Positions 30,625-40,607 of a stretch of 64,000 nucleotides of DNA are shown here, in pieces. The stretch is taken from contig CM000432.1 in assembly GCA_000165345.1 (NCBI GenBank), positions 288,001-352,000 on the forward strand, in the 5' to 3' direction. The notes under the pieces were generated by a model. It made no database searches. It was not told where the DNA came from and saw only the letters and a list, made by a program, of their open reading frames with translations. Position 1 is the first letter of the stretch, and the number at the start of each line of letters is the position of its first letter. A program made the translations under genes and the position numbers.

Positions 30625-31461
30625 TTACTTATATTTTTGTTTAAACCTTAAAACATCTTCTTTAGTTAATTTTTTCTTATTATTAATTAATATATCATCC
30701 ATTCTCTCCTTATTCTTCTTCTCTTCTGCTTTAAATTTATCGTGAATCTGTTTATCAGTAAATTCTGGAAAGACTGATTTTACCAGCATTAAATCTGTAC
30801 CAAATAGTGATAAGGCATCATAAAATTTATTGGTTTGTTCTGTTGACCATCTTTTACCCTTTGTTCTTTTATAAGCACCAGAATATGGTTGTAGGGATGT
30901 ACCAGCCATATTCTCATTAATATATACTCTTCCCTCCATTAGTCCAAGCCAATCCATTTGTTTTCCAGAACTATTGTTTAATAAATTTTCTTCTAAAATG
31001 ATATCTCCTTTACAATCTATTGATAATTTTGAATTACTATCACCATTCAATTTATCCATTGAAAATAACTCACTCAAAAAACTATTATTTGAATTATTTT
31101 CACCATTAATTCCTTCAAATAAATTTGAAGTTTTATTCTTATCCTCCAACTTTTTGTTTTCTTGTCCCGAATTTCCATCCAATAAGTAATTTAATAAGTC
31201 ACTTCCATTATTCTTAGTATCTGAAATTCCTAAACCTGATTGATTACTTGAAAAAAAAGTATTATCATTTGAATACCTGTCGCCAAAGCTATCATTTTCT
31301 GTTATACTGGTACTATTATTACTACCATCCAAATTTAATCCATCTTTTTCGCTATTCTGTTCATTTTGTTTTCTTTTTGATCTCCTCTTTCTATAAGCTG
31401 TTTTGATTACAATACTCCATAAAGTAGCATTATCTCCTCTTGTTGAATCATTTCCTGCCAT
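30625..31461 (-). CDS. BDP1: TFIIIB B-double-prime (Bdp1)-like SANT-domain protein
   Basis: RWSTEQTNKFYDALSLFGTDLMLVKSVFPEFTDKQIHDKFKAEEKKNKE matches the Bdp1 SANT domain ([49 protein letters not shown]). Its stop codon directly abuts the convergent Sen gene stop (30624/30625). Confidence 0.65.
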   Translation of the reverse strand: MAGNDSTRGDNATLWSIVIKTAYRKRRSKRKQNEQNSEKDGLNLDGSNNSTSITENDSFGDRYSNDNTFFSSNQSGLGISDTKNNGSDLLNYLLDGNSGQENKKLEDKNKTSNLFEGINGENNSNNSFLSELFSMDKLNGDSNSKLSIDCKGDIILEENLLNNSSGKQMDWLGLMEGRVYINENMAGTSLQPYSGAYKRTKGKRWSTEQTNKFYDALSLFGTDLMLVKSVFPEFTDKQIHDKFKAEEKKNKERMDDILINNKKKLTKEDVLRFKQKYK

Positions 31462-31845
31462 CTAATTACAATAATAACAATAATATTCGTAATATTAATA
31501 AACTTTTTTTTAATAATAATAAATAAACAATAAAATAAAACGACTAAACTTATTTTATTTACAATTCAATGTTAAATTAACTTTCTATAAACAACTTGAA
31601 AATCTTAACCTCATCTATATATTAGTGTTTAGCCGTATATTTAGCTTCAAATACACTTCAATTTTCGTCCTTAATCTTCTTATTATAGCTAAAATCCTAT
31701 ATTATTTAATAAATTTCATCTTTTTTCCTGCTTTTGATTTTTACTTTTTTCTTTCTCCTTATTTTAATTTATTATTCCCCAATTTATTTAATAATACTGA
31801 TATTAATAAATAATAATTATTTATATATTAATTACACTTCGAGAC

Positions 31846-31857
31846 TTTTGGCGCCAT
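31846..31857. promoter_or_regulatory. E2F-like box (TTTTGGCGCCAT) in the divergent Bdp1 / Rtf2 promoter
   Basis: Lies between the minus-strand ATG at 31461 and the plus-strand ATG at 32055. Confidence 0.4.
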
Positions 31858-32054
31858 TTCCAAATGGTAAATATAGATTATTGCACAATTTATTTGAAAT
31901 TAAAATAGCGAAGAGAAGATAACAATATATAAAGAAAGGGACATTTTTAAGGGCTTTTGATCAATTATCCTATAAATTTGTTCACTTGTTTAAGCTATAT
32001 CTGCCTCTTATACTTTTTATTCTTATCAAAATTTTGGAATGTGTAGAAAATAAT

Positions 32055-32918
32055 ATGGGTGGAGATGGAGGTAGTATTCCAAAAAGAGCAGATGTTGTGA
32101 AAACTAAGGGTTATGGATTTAAGAGAAATTTGGGTGGAATGGGTTACATGCCAAATGCACAAGTAAAATTAACAAATGAAGAAAATTCAACAAAACTTAA
32201 AATGCATGAAAGATGGACAAAATGCTATCTAACTAACGTAAGTTTGTCATTCCATTGCACTTTTTTTTACAAAACTAGTTCTTTGTTTTCTTTGGCATTC
32301 TCAACATATTTAAATATATATTATGAGATTCCAAATGATACAAACCTTCACATTAAGTAATCATTTCCTTTTTTTTTCGAATAAACTAACTATTACCATT
32401 TTCAGGAGCCATTAAATCCCCCAGTGGTAATATGTAACAAGGGATTTCTTTATAACAAAGAAGCTGTTATTAATAAATTACTTAGTAAATCCAAAACAGC
32501 TCCACACATTAAAAAGCTTTCAGATGTATTCCAAGTTAAAGTAAGTAATATTCATCTTGATTACTTTCATCATCTTTATTTATTTATTTATTTTTTTTTT
32601 ACTCTCAACATTTCAATTAATTAATATTTAATTTATGAAATGTACAATAATAATCTTTAGAACAAATTTAACAATATATTAAATTGCTTAATATGTCCAG
32701 TAACTAACAAAAATCTGGATTACTATACCAAAGCTTCATATAATAAATGCTGTCAACATATTATTGCATACTCTTCTTCTTATTTAAAAAGTTCCAATTT
32801 AACCAAAATTGGAGAAAGAAACGTTCAAAATAAACATCAAAAAGTTTGTATTAACTGTAATACTAACATTAATCCACAACATAATGAAATTAAGCTGTTC
32901 TCTGATACAATAGATTAA
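32055..32918 (+). CDS. RTF2: Replication termination factor 2 (Rtf2/RTFDC1)-like protein, three exons (32055..32237, 32406..32540, 32661..32918)
   Basis: The ATG at 32055 gives MGGDGGSIPKRADVVK (compare Rtf2 MGCDGGTIPKRHELVK). The ORF-track start at 31986 is an upstream extension. Donor AAC|GTAAGT at 32238, acceptor TTCAG at 32405. Exon 2 EPLNPPVVICNKGFLYNKEAVINKLLSKS...HIKKLSDVFQVK (compare RRPIVACELGRLYNKDAVIEFLLDKS...HIKSIKNV). Donor AAA|GTAAGT at 32541, acceptor CTTTAG at 32660. Exon 3 ...NCLICPVTNKNLDYYTKASYNKCCQHIIAY... (compare FICPVVGLEMNGRHRFCFLRCCGCVFSE). All junctions are phase 0. Confidence 0.65.
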
Positions 32919-32920
32919 AA

Positions 32921-34600
32921 TTAATCTTCAAAAAATGAAAATCCGTCAGCATAACTTTCGGTTCCTTTTACAGCGTATTCCGGTAATTGATTTTCACCAC
33001 TACTGCCGCCAGAAATTACAAATGGAGATTCAGAAGTTCTTTGTAGTCCTCTTTGTTCATAACCCATACTTCCAAGATATTGAATTTGACCTTGAACGCC
33101 ATCAGTAACATCAATATTTTTAAATGTTCCTTCTGTGCCTCTTAAGTTTCTCATTCCAATACTATCACCTGTTAAATCTCCTCCTCTAGTTCTCTTCCTT
33201 TTAAGTCCATATCCCAATCCTCCTAATAGCCCTAAACCTGCAATACTTCCCACTACCGCTCCAGCTACTACTCCTGGATCGACCGAACTTTTAGTTGTAG
33301 CTGCGGCTGTAGTTGTAGTTAATTCAGTAGAAACTGTTGATGGTGCAGTAGTTGTCATAGTGGTTGGTGTAGTGGTTGGAGGACTTGTTGCTGTTGTTGG
33401 AGGACTTGTTGCTGTTGTTGGAGGACTTGTTGCTGTTGTTGGAGGACTTGTTGCTGTTGTTGGTGGACTTGTTGCTGTTGTTGGTGGACTTGTTGCTGTT
33501 GTTGGAGGACTTGTTGCTGTTGTTGGTGGACTTGTTGCTGTTGTTGGTGGACTTGTTGCTGTTGTTGGAGGACTTGTTGCTGTTGTTGGTGGACTTGTTG
33601 CTGTTGTTGGAGGACTTGTTGCTGTTGTTGGTGGACTTGTTGCTGTTGTTGGAGGACTTGTTGCTGTTGTTGGAGGACTTGTTGCTGTTGTTGGAGGACT
33701 TGTTGCTGTTGTTGGAGGACTTGTTGCTGTTGTTGGAGGACTTGTTGCTGTTGTTGTTGGACTTGTTGCTGTTGTTGGCGGATTTGTATCAGTGCTCAAT
33801 GTTGTGTCAGTGCTCAATGTTGTGTCAGTTGATTGCGTTGTAACTGGAGGTAAAGTTGTTGTTGATGCAGGTGGTGCAACAGGACCTCCTCCAAAGCCAT
33901 ATGTTACTACTTTATCTTTTGGGTCGTCTTGGTTTTCATTTGAAGAAACACCATTCGCGTTTGAATTGTCGGGTTCATCATCTTGATTTTTTCCAGTAAA
34001 ACCAGAATCATCTGACACGGCATCCCCTTCTTGATTCCCTCCAATTGAAAGATTACTTGATGAATCTTGTACAGATGTTGAATCTTTTCTTTGTTCGTCT
34101 GATGAAGTTTCAAACCCGGATGTTTTTTCATAGTCACCATCTTCAAAATCAATGGATGCATCGTTCCCAAAGCCTTGACTGGTTTCCTCGAGATCAGATC
34201 CTCCAACACTAGTACCACCAGCACTAGTACCACCAACACTAGTACCACCAACACTAGTACCACCAATGATCGTACCACCAATGCTCGTACCACCAATACT
34301 CGTACCACCAATACTCGTACCACCGGCACTAGATCCTCCAACACTAGTACCACCAATACTAATACCTCCAATACTAGTTCCATCAATACTCGTACCACCA
34401 ATACTCACTTTATCTTCATTTTCCAAATCAATTCCATCATTAAAACTCATTCCATCAATCCCAGAATTCATGCTCTCTGTTTCCATATTAGGAAGGCTTA
34501 AGTCTGATAATTGAAGACTTTTGTTATCAATTTCTTCTCCATTTAATAAATTCAAAATATTAAAGAAAAAGAAAATTAAAGAAAATATTTTATTATTCAT
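32921..34600 (-). CDS. Mucin-like type I membrane glycoprotein (signal peptide, Gly/Thr/Ser repeats, Thr/Pro repeat array, TM helix, short cytoplasmic tail)
   Basis: The N-terminus MNNKIFSLIFFFFNILNLLNGEE is a signal peptide. It is followed by about 14 copies of GGTS[IV], then an acidic region, then about 19 copies of TTATSPP flanked by TLSTDT repeats. A TM helix (VVAGAVVGSIAGLGLLGGLGYGL) with a KRKRTR stop-transfer follows, then an 85-aa cytoplasmic tail. The Thr/Ser/Pro arrays are typical O-glycosylation substrates. Confidence 0.75.
   Translation of the reverse strand: MNNKIFSLIFFFFNILNLLNGEEIDNKSLQLSDLSLPNMETESMNSGIDGMSFNDGIDLENEDKVSIGGTSIDGTSIGGISIGGTSVGGSSAGGTSIGGTSIGGTSIGGTIIGGTSVGGTSVGGTSAGGTSVGGSDLEETSQGFGNDASIDFEDGDYEKTSGFETSSDEQRKDSTSVQDSSSNLSIGGNQEGDAVSDDSGFTGKNQDDEPDNSNANGVSSNENQDDPKDKVVTYGFGGGPVAPPASTTTLPPVTTQSTDTTLSTDTTLSTDTNPPTTATSPTTTATSPPTTATSPPTTATSPPTTATSPPTTATSPPTTATSPPTTATSPPTTATSPPTTATSPPTTATSPPTTATSPPTTATSPPTTATSPPTTATSPPTTATSPPTTATSPPTTATSPPTTATSPPTTTPTTMTTTAPSTVSTELTTTTAAATTKSSVDPGVVAGAVVGSIAGLGLLGGLGYGLKRKRTRGGDLTGDSIGMRNLRGTEGTFKNIDVTDGVQGQIQYLGSMGYEQRGLQRTSESPFVISGGSSGENQLPEYAVKGTESYADGFSFFED
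33377..33778. repeat. 21-bp tandem repeat, about 19 near-identical copies (GGAGGACTTGTTGCTGTTGTT), encoding TTATSPP on the minus strand
   Basis: Directly visible periodicity. The units differ only by GGA/GGT third-position changes. Confidence 0.9.
34200..34410. repeat. 15-bp tandem repeat, about 14 copies (ACTAGTACCACCAAC variants), encoding GGTS[IV] on the minus strand
   Basis: Directly visible periodicity within the mucin N-terminal domain. Confidence 0.85.
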
Positions 34601-35391
34601 CTTTTCTGTATTGTTCTAATACTATAAAAATATATATTTTTAATCAGCTTAATGTTTAAAATTTATAATTAATATTTTTAAATATATATATAAATATATA
34701 TATTTAAAAATATATATTAGTTTATTTATTTAGTTTCTTTTGTATTTTATTATTTTCAATAACAATTGCATACAAAATAAATTTTCTAAAATTATTTAGA
34801 ACAATTTCAGTCTTGGATAATATGGATTTTATTTTATATCTATTTCTGCTCAATATCAAAGATACATATTTAAATGCTAAAATATTAATCCATTTATTTT
34901 GTCCACTTATAAATCTTAAATAGAAACTTATATGTATCAAACTAATTATTTCTATAACTATATCTAAAACATTATATCGAGCGATAACTATAAAATATTA
35001 ATTATTATTTACTATCTTTAATATTTTAAATAAATTGATTACTAAGTTAGAAAAAAAAAATGTATATATTGATTATTAATCTCATAAATATCTACTTTCT
35101 ATTTTACCGTACTAATTTTTGATATTTCAAAATATTAATAAATTATTTACTTTTTTTATTCCTTCTTGTATGTTAAATTTTCTTTTTTTTTTTTTAATTA
35201 TCTCCTCCAACTTTATAAATCCAATAATATTTTTGCATTACTCGCATTCCCCACATTCCCGCCATTGCATTTATTATGTCAAATATTTACATGTAATTAA
35301 TTTGTATATGGAGAGAAAAATTGCTTTATTTTTTCTTTTTCTTTTTTTTAATTGAATTATTAATTTTTATTAATATAAAGATAATATTAAT

Positions 35392-37185
35392 TTATGGTAT
35401 AATATCAACATTTTCTAGTATATCACTCAAAGTTGCTTTTGATATATATTTATCATATTTTTCTTCAATCATTGAATTACTATCACTTATTAAATGGTTA
35501 TGATTAAATTTATTATTATCTTTTACTTCAAATAATAATTGATACTTTTCATCCATTTTTTTGTTGATAATAGTTTTAAAATAAGTTTGATTCTCACTTA
35601 TAAAATTAATGTTTGACATTATTTGTTCATTATTTTTTATTTGGTTTGAATTTATATGTTTTTTTTTTTTGGTTGTTCTTGCTTCACATTCTTTAATAAT
35701 ATCGTCCATTTTTTCATGACAATGATTTTTGATCATATTACCAAAAGTTAAACCTAAAGCACCACCAATTGCTGCACCAAAACTCACTCCAATAGGACCT
35801 AAAATTAATCCAGCAGCACCTCCACAAACTAGCCCAGCAGTAGAACCATGAAATGGCCACCAATTAGCTTTTGATTTACTTCCTTTTGCAACAGATGATG
35901 CACCTTGTGCTGTGTTAATTTGAGCTAAAGCCGATTGTTCTTCTAGATAATCTATTTCTCCAGTACTTTCAATAATTAATTTATAAATTTCAGTTTGAAC
36001 TTCTCGTATTTTAATCATAGAGTGCTTAATATTTGTAACCTTGTTTTTACATTCCATAAGAGATTCAATATCAATATTTTCCATAACGATAGAAGCTCTT
36101 CGTGATTGATTTATCAAACCAAATTGAATTTCTGAAAATTGGCAACTATTACTATTACTATGGTTAACTTCTAATATTGATTTGTCCGAATTAAAATCAT
36201 GTATTGATGATGGGCATACAATCACTTCTGGCAATAAAATATAATTGACATTATTACTTAAATTATCACTGATTTCTTCATCGTAATCAATTTCATCAAC
36301 ATTCGATTCGTTTTCATCAATAGATAATTTATAAGAATTTTGATTTTGAGAATAATGATGATCAACATTAGATTTTTTTTCAAAATTTGTATTAGTTAAT
36401 TTATTATCATTTAATATTTGATCATTGTCTTGATTATCAGCATAATAAATATCATTTTCTAGAATAGATGTAACATTATTGTTAATATTAAAATACTCAA
36501 TTTCAATAAAATTATCATTTTTTGTATTCCAAATACTCATAATAAATGCTTGATTGAATAAATTATTTGCTATTTTACTTAACATTTTAAAATCACTAAT
36601 AAATTTTTCATGTTTTACACAATTTACTGTACATACATGATATTCTTCGATATTATTTTTATTTTGAGAAATAATATTATCCATTTCTATTTCATTAAAT
36701 TCTTGTATATCATTTGAAATACCGGTGCTCTTTGGGAAATTATCATTCCAATAAATAAACCAGTTGTAACTTAACGAATATTTACTCAAAACTATACAAT
36801 CTTCACCTAAAAGCTTGCATTTCTCTTCTAATATTCCACCTACTCTTAATCCAACTGATATGCATACTCTAACCAAATCTATTATATTTTTCTTTATATT
36901 AATAGCACAATTTTCTGCTTGATATTCTTCCAAACTATTTTTTAGCTTCACTAATAAAGAAGATAAATCAATCATTAATTCTTCTATTAATTCTTCCTGA
37001 TTTAAATTTTTCACAATTTTATTTAATGAACAATCTTCAAATTTTAACTTTCTTTCATTTTTAGGTAAACTAATTATTTCACTACTATTTAATAATTCTT
37101 TTTTACCATATCTCATTAAATTTGAGTCCAAATTATTATTTTTACTGTTTTTTTCTCCATAAATGTTAGTAATTGTCTTTTCCAT
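35392..37185 (-). CDS. Hypothetical protein with a C-terminal glycine-zipper membrane hairpin, a possible truncated relative of the adjacent DUF726 protein
   Basis: 597-aa ORF. The C-terminal hydrophobic Gly-rich segment (AGLVCGGAAGLILGPIGVSFGAAIGGALGLTFG) resembles the Gly-zipper segment of the neighbouring gene (GATILGGVVLATATTIAAPGILAGLGTLGLAFPGILG). It has no hydrolase domain. Confidence 0.45.
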   Translation of the reverse strand: MEKTITNIYGEKNSKNNNLDSNLMRYGKKELLNSSEIISLPKNERKLKFEDCSLNKIVKNLNQEELIEELMIDLSSLLVKLKNSLEEYQAENCAINIKKNIIDLVRVCISVGLRVGGILEEKCKLLGEDCIVLSKYSLSYNWFIYWNDNFPKSTGISNDIQEFNEIEMDNIISQNKNNIEEYHVCTVNCVKHEKFISDFKMLSKIANNLFNQAFIMSIWNTKNDNFIEIEYFNINNNVTSILENDIYYADNQDNDQILNDNKLTNTNFEKKSNVDHHYSQNQNSYKLSIDENESNVDEIDYDEEISDNLSNNVNYILLPEVIVCPSSIHDFNSDKSILEVNHSNSNSCQFSEIQFGLINQSRRASIVMENIDIESLMECKNKVTNIKHSMIKIREVQTEIYKLIIESTGEIDYLEEQSALAQINTAQGASSVAKGSKSKANWWPFHGSTAGLVCGGAAGLILGPIGVSFGAAIGGALGLTFGNMIKNHCHEKMDDIIKECEARTTKKKKHINSNQIKNNEQIMSNINFISENQTYFKTIINKKMDEKYQLLFEVKDNNKFNHNHLISDSNSMIEEKYDKYISKATLSDILENVDIIP

Positions 37186-37497
37186 TTAATTTGTTGGTAA
37201 TTGATGATTATTCCTTTTTTTTAATTCCTTATTAAACAAAAAAATTATTATTTTTTAAAATTTTATTATTAACACTACATTGAACTGTTTTTTTTTTTTT
37301 TTATATAATCTTATTTAATTTACGAAATCTTATATTTAATTCAAATTATACTAAAAAATCAATATTTATTCGAAAAAAAAATTAAATTATTTCTGTGCCT
37401 GTATATATTATTTTATTTCCTTATAAATATATTTTATTGTTAATGTGGACAATAATTACGTGTCAATTTTGACACAAATAAATTATGTACCGGAGTA

Positions 37498-37520
37498 ATT
37501 GCATGCATATGCATGTAATT
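37498..37520. promoter_or_regulatory. GCATGC palindrome cluster (ATTGCATGCATATGCATGTAATT)
   Basis: 315 bp upstream of the ATG at 37185. It is preceded by a GTACCGG box at 37487. Confidence 0.35.
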
Positions 37521-37590
37521 ACTGCGCATTGCTACAAAATTAAAAAAAAAATACTACGTAAAATAAACATATATTTATGTTATTTATCAA

Positions 37591-39996
37591 CTAAAAAAAG
37601 TTAACATAATATAAAATTTCACGAATTTTATCAGGATATTGATCATGCGAGGTAATCATTCCCGTTACATCATAATTTTCAACACCAGAAACATTTATGG
37701 GTGAAATTCCTGCGACATGGAATCCCCACTGCATATATCTATAAAAAAATGCAAGAACCCAGTCAGACCTTGAAAATACATTAATCATTCGATTTGAAAC
37801 AACAGACCTAGCTTTAATCCATTTCTTGGTATTTAAAGATGAAGGTAATCCCAACAATACAACATCTTGAATTTTATTGAATTGTTTACGATCATACATA
37901 ATTTGTAATGTTAAATATATAAGTCTAGCACCCATACTATAACCAACAAGTTTAATGGGTCTATCACCTGTAGTTTCAATTGAACATAAAACATCAGCAA
38001 GAATTATAGCAGCCTGCTCAGTTTTTTGTCTTGAAACTGCCCAAGTATTATCGAGAGTTGCAGCATATTGCATAATTGTTATAGGCCAGGATAAAGCTGC
38101 TGTTAAAGTACCAACCACTGTTTGAAGTAAAATAGCTTTTCCTGCAAAAATGGCAAGATCTTGTGACATTGTTATTGCTATGGAATTACCTAACTTTGAT
38201 AACACTTCAGGTTCAAATTCTACAGTATAACTTTCCATCCATTCAACTCCATTAAAAGCAATTTTCCAAGGCATAAATATATCATCATTATTTCTAAGCC
38301 AACCGCTAATACCAATTAAAATAGGAAGAAGACCAGATTTATCCGGATTTTTACCAACTTGATGAAAGTTAAAAATTTGTAATGGAGATTCTCTTCTACT
38401 CATTTTCCATCCTGAAAGACCTGCACCCCCTACGCCAGCAACTGCTGACATTGTGGCTGCACTTGTTCCAGCAGTCATGGCTGTTCCAAGAATTCCAGGA
38501 AAAGCTAATCCTAATGTGCCCAATCCTGCAAGAATACCAGGTGCTGCAATTGTTGTAGCTGTTGCCAATACAACACCGCCCAAAATAGTAGCACCAGCAA
38601 CTTTTAAATATCTCATTGATTTATTCCAACCTTTTTCAAGATTTTTGGTATCGCATTTAAGCCCACTCTTTTTAATATCATTAAAAGTTAACATTTGAAG
38701 AGAATCAAAAATTAAAAGTGATGATTTAAAATATTCATTATTATAATTTAACAAAAGATAAATTTCTTGGAGAATTGATAAAGTACGTGAATTTAATATT
38801 CCATCAATTGCATGAAGTCTTAATAATGATAATATTATTATTAAAAATGAGCTTGGTGATTGTTCATCAAATATGTATTCCAGATTATTAATGCCTGAAT
38901 GCCAAGTTTTTCTTCTTTGGCAATTTGATTTTGCATTAACATTACAATTATTACTGGAATGAGTATTGCTATTATTAAATATCTTCAAATTATTATCAAA
39001 AGCATTTGGGGAATTCAATGGTAAATTTAATATTTTCGAAGATATTCTATTATTTAATGAACTTGCTCTTGGATGTGTATGAGTATTTTGTTCATAATTA
39101 TTATATGAAACTTCAAATGCACTATTATTTCTGATCAGTAAAAAAGTTTCAGCATTTAAATCCCTATTTTGCTTCATAATACTCTTGGATCTTACATTAT
39201 TATTAATACTATTATTATTACAACTATATTCATTAAATAAAATGTCAAGTTTTGGCTGTAATTCATTTTTACAATACTCTATCAAAGTATTTTTTAATGG
39301 TCTAATATCTGGAAAATTCTCAATATTTGGATCATCAATATTTAAATAGTATATTTTTATCATTTGTTCTGTTATTATTTCTGGTATTGATAAATAAGTA
39401 CTTATTTGGCTTAAATAATTACAACCCCATATAATAAAGTAATCTTTTTGTTTCACATCAATATTGGACCAAATTTTTATACGATTTGTTAAAATTATGG
39501 AAATTGCATTAAATAAAATCTGTCTAATATCCATTGGAGTCCCTTTCCAAAGCTCATAAATTCTAATTGGAGGAAGAATATTCAATTTTCTGATATTTTC
39601 AAAAGCATAATTACTTGAAACCAAGAATTTTATCTTTTCAAAATGATTAATACTTTCAAAATGGTCTTGAAGTTTATGGTTAATAATTTCAGTTATTGAT
39701 TCATTATTATGCTGTTTATTCTTTACTGCAGAATTACTTGATTTTCTTCTAATATGGTAATTACTTGTTTCCGAAATTTTTTTATTATCAAAATTAAATA
39801 TTCTTGATTTTGGGAAATCTTGTGGAATATGGTTATTCAAAAATCTGTATGTATTAATTAATTCAATACTATTGTTATTATTTTCTTCAACTCTCAAAAA
39901 TGATTCTGCACATTTTTGTACATTTCTTTGGGAGTATATTTTCAATTCCGAATTTATATCATTGTTATTCAGTTTTTTATTGTTTAAATTGGTCAT
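37591..39996 (-). CDS. DUF726 / TMCO4-family putative alpha/beta-hydrolase membrane protein
   Basis: Gly-rich TM hairpin, then a C-terminal hydrolase-like domain with a GxSxG nucleophile elbow (LVGYSMGARLIYLTL) and conserved downstream blocks (VVLLGLP, NVFSRSDWVL, GMITSHDQY), as in the TMCO4 / yeast Mil1 family. Confidence 0.6.
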   Translation of the reverse strand: MTNLNNKKLNNNDINSELKIYSQRNVQKCAESFLRVEENNNNSIELINTYRFLNNHIPQDFPKSRIFNFDNKKISETSNYHIRRKSSNSAVKNKQHNNESITEIINHKLQDHFESINHFEKIKFLVSSNYAFENIRKLNILPPIRIYELWKGTPMDIRQILFNAISIILTNRIKIWSNIDVKQKDYFIIWGCNYLSQISTYLSIPEIITEQMIKIYYLNIDDPNIENFPDIRPLKNTLIEYCKNELQPKLDILFNEYSCNNNSINNNVRSKSIMKQNRDLNAETFLLIRNNSAFEVSYNNYEQNTHTHPRASSLNNRISSKILNLPLNSPNAFDNNLKIFNNSNTHSSNNCNVNAKSNCQRRKTWHSGINNLEYIFDEQSPSSFLIIILSLLRLHAIDGILNSRTLSILQEIYLLLNYNNEYFKSSLLIFDSLQMLTFNDIKKSGLKCDTKNLEKGWNKSMRYLKVAGATILGGVVLATATTIAAPGILAGLGTLGLAFPGILGTAMTAGTSAATMSAVAGVGGAGLSGWKMSRRESPLQIFNFHQVGKNPDKSGLLPILIGISGWLRNNDDIFMPWKIAFNGVEWMESYTVEFEPEVLSKLGNSIAITMSQDLAIFAGKAILLQTVVGTLTAALSWPITIMQYAATLDNTWAVSRQKTEQAAIILADVLCSIETTGDRPIKLVGYSMGARLIYLTLQIMYDRKQFNKIQDVVLLGLPSSLNTKKWIKARSVVSNRMINVFSRSDWVLAFFYRYMQWGFHVAGISPINVSGVENYDVTGMITSHDQYPDKIREILYYVNFF

Positions 39997-40142
39997 TTAG
40001 AAGAAAAATATTCCAATAATAAATATGGTAATGATTTTAAAAAAATAATATTATTTTCTTCTAATTACTGAAACCGTTCATTAACTGTAAATTAAAGAAT
40101 GAACAAGTTAAAAAAAAAAAAAAAATTTCCCATGCTAATTTA

Positions 40143-40154
40143 ACGCGCCAAAAA
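40143..40154. promoter_or_regulatory. E2F-like box (ACGCGCCAAAAA) in the divergent DUF726 / NDOR1 promoter
   Basis: Lies between the minus-strand ATG at 39996 and the plus-strand ATG at 40608. Confidence 0.35.
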
Positions 40155-40607
40155 TTGAATTATTTAATTAATTGTCAGATAAAGCAAGAAATATGCTTTA
40201 TAATTATAATATTATTAATTATTAAAAATTAATAATAAATAGTCTTTTAATCATATTCATTTATTTGAAGATTCAAGAATTTGTCACACATATATTTATT
40301 CATATTTAATTCTTATTAATTCATCATTAATGGTAATTTGATTAACAAATAAAGTAAATTGAAAATTATAATAAAAATAAAGTCAAAATTTTGGTTCCAT
40401 ATTTATGAAAATTATAAAATAATAACAATAAAAATAATAATAATATTTTGGACATTTTATTAATCAAATAATTTTTATTGTTAGTTTAGTTTTTAAAGTC
40501 ATCTATTCAATTTTGGAAAAATTGCATTAATATTTTCCAAATAACTACTAATATATGGATATTTTATCAATTAAATACTATTTAGAACAAATATTATCAA
40601 GACAAAA

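Noticed and set aside
31625-31922. ORFs 31625..31813 and 31734..31922 in the Bdp1 / Rtf2 divergent spacer
   Set aside because: AT-rich promoter region containing the E2F box at 31846. The translations are Phe/Ile/Leu-rich nonsense. The real Rtf2 ATG is at 32055.
33377-33778. Possible CRISPR-like array (regular 21-bp direct repeats; also 43727..43803)
   Set aside because: The repeats are contiguous with no spacers, lie inside long ORFs where they encode TTATSPP and GTKITNT, and the locus is eukaryotic (introns, ApiAP2, proteasome and SF1 genes). They are coding minisatellites.
33135-34514. Plus-strand ORFs 33135..33986, 33376..33843, 34175..34501 and 34266..34514, and the minus-strand alternate frame 33907..34401, over the mucin gene
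   Set aside because: The 21-bp and 15-bp tandem repeats keep every frame open, and the translations are homopolymeric (LLLLLEDLLLL, GGLVAVV). Only the minus-strand frame with a signal peptide, TM helix and cytoplasmic tail is a coherent protein.
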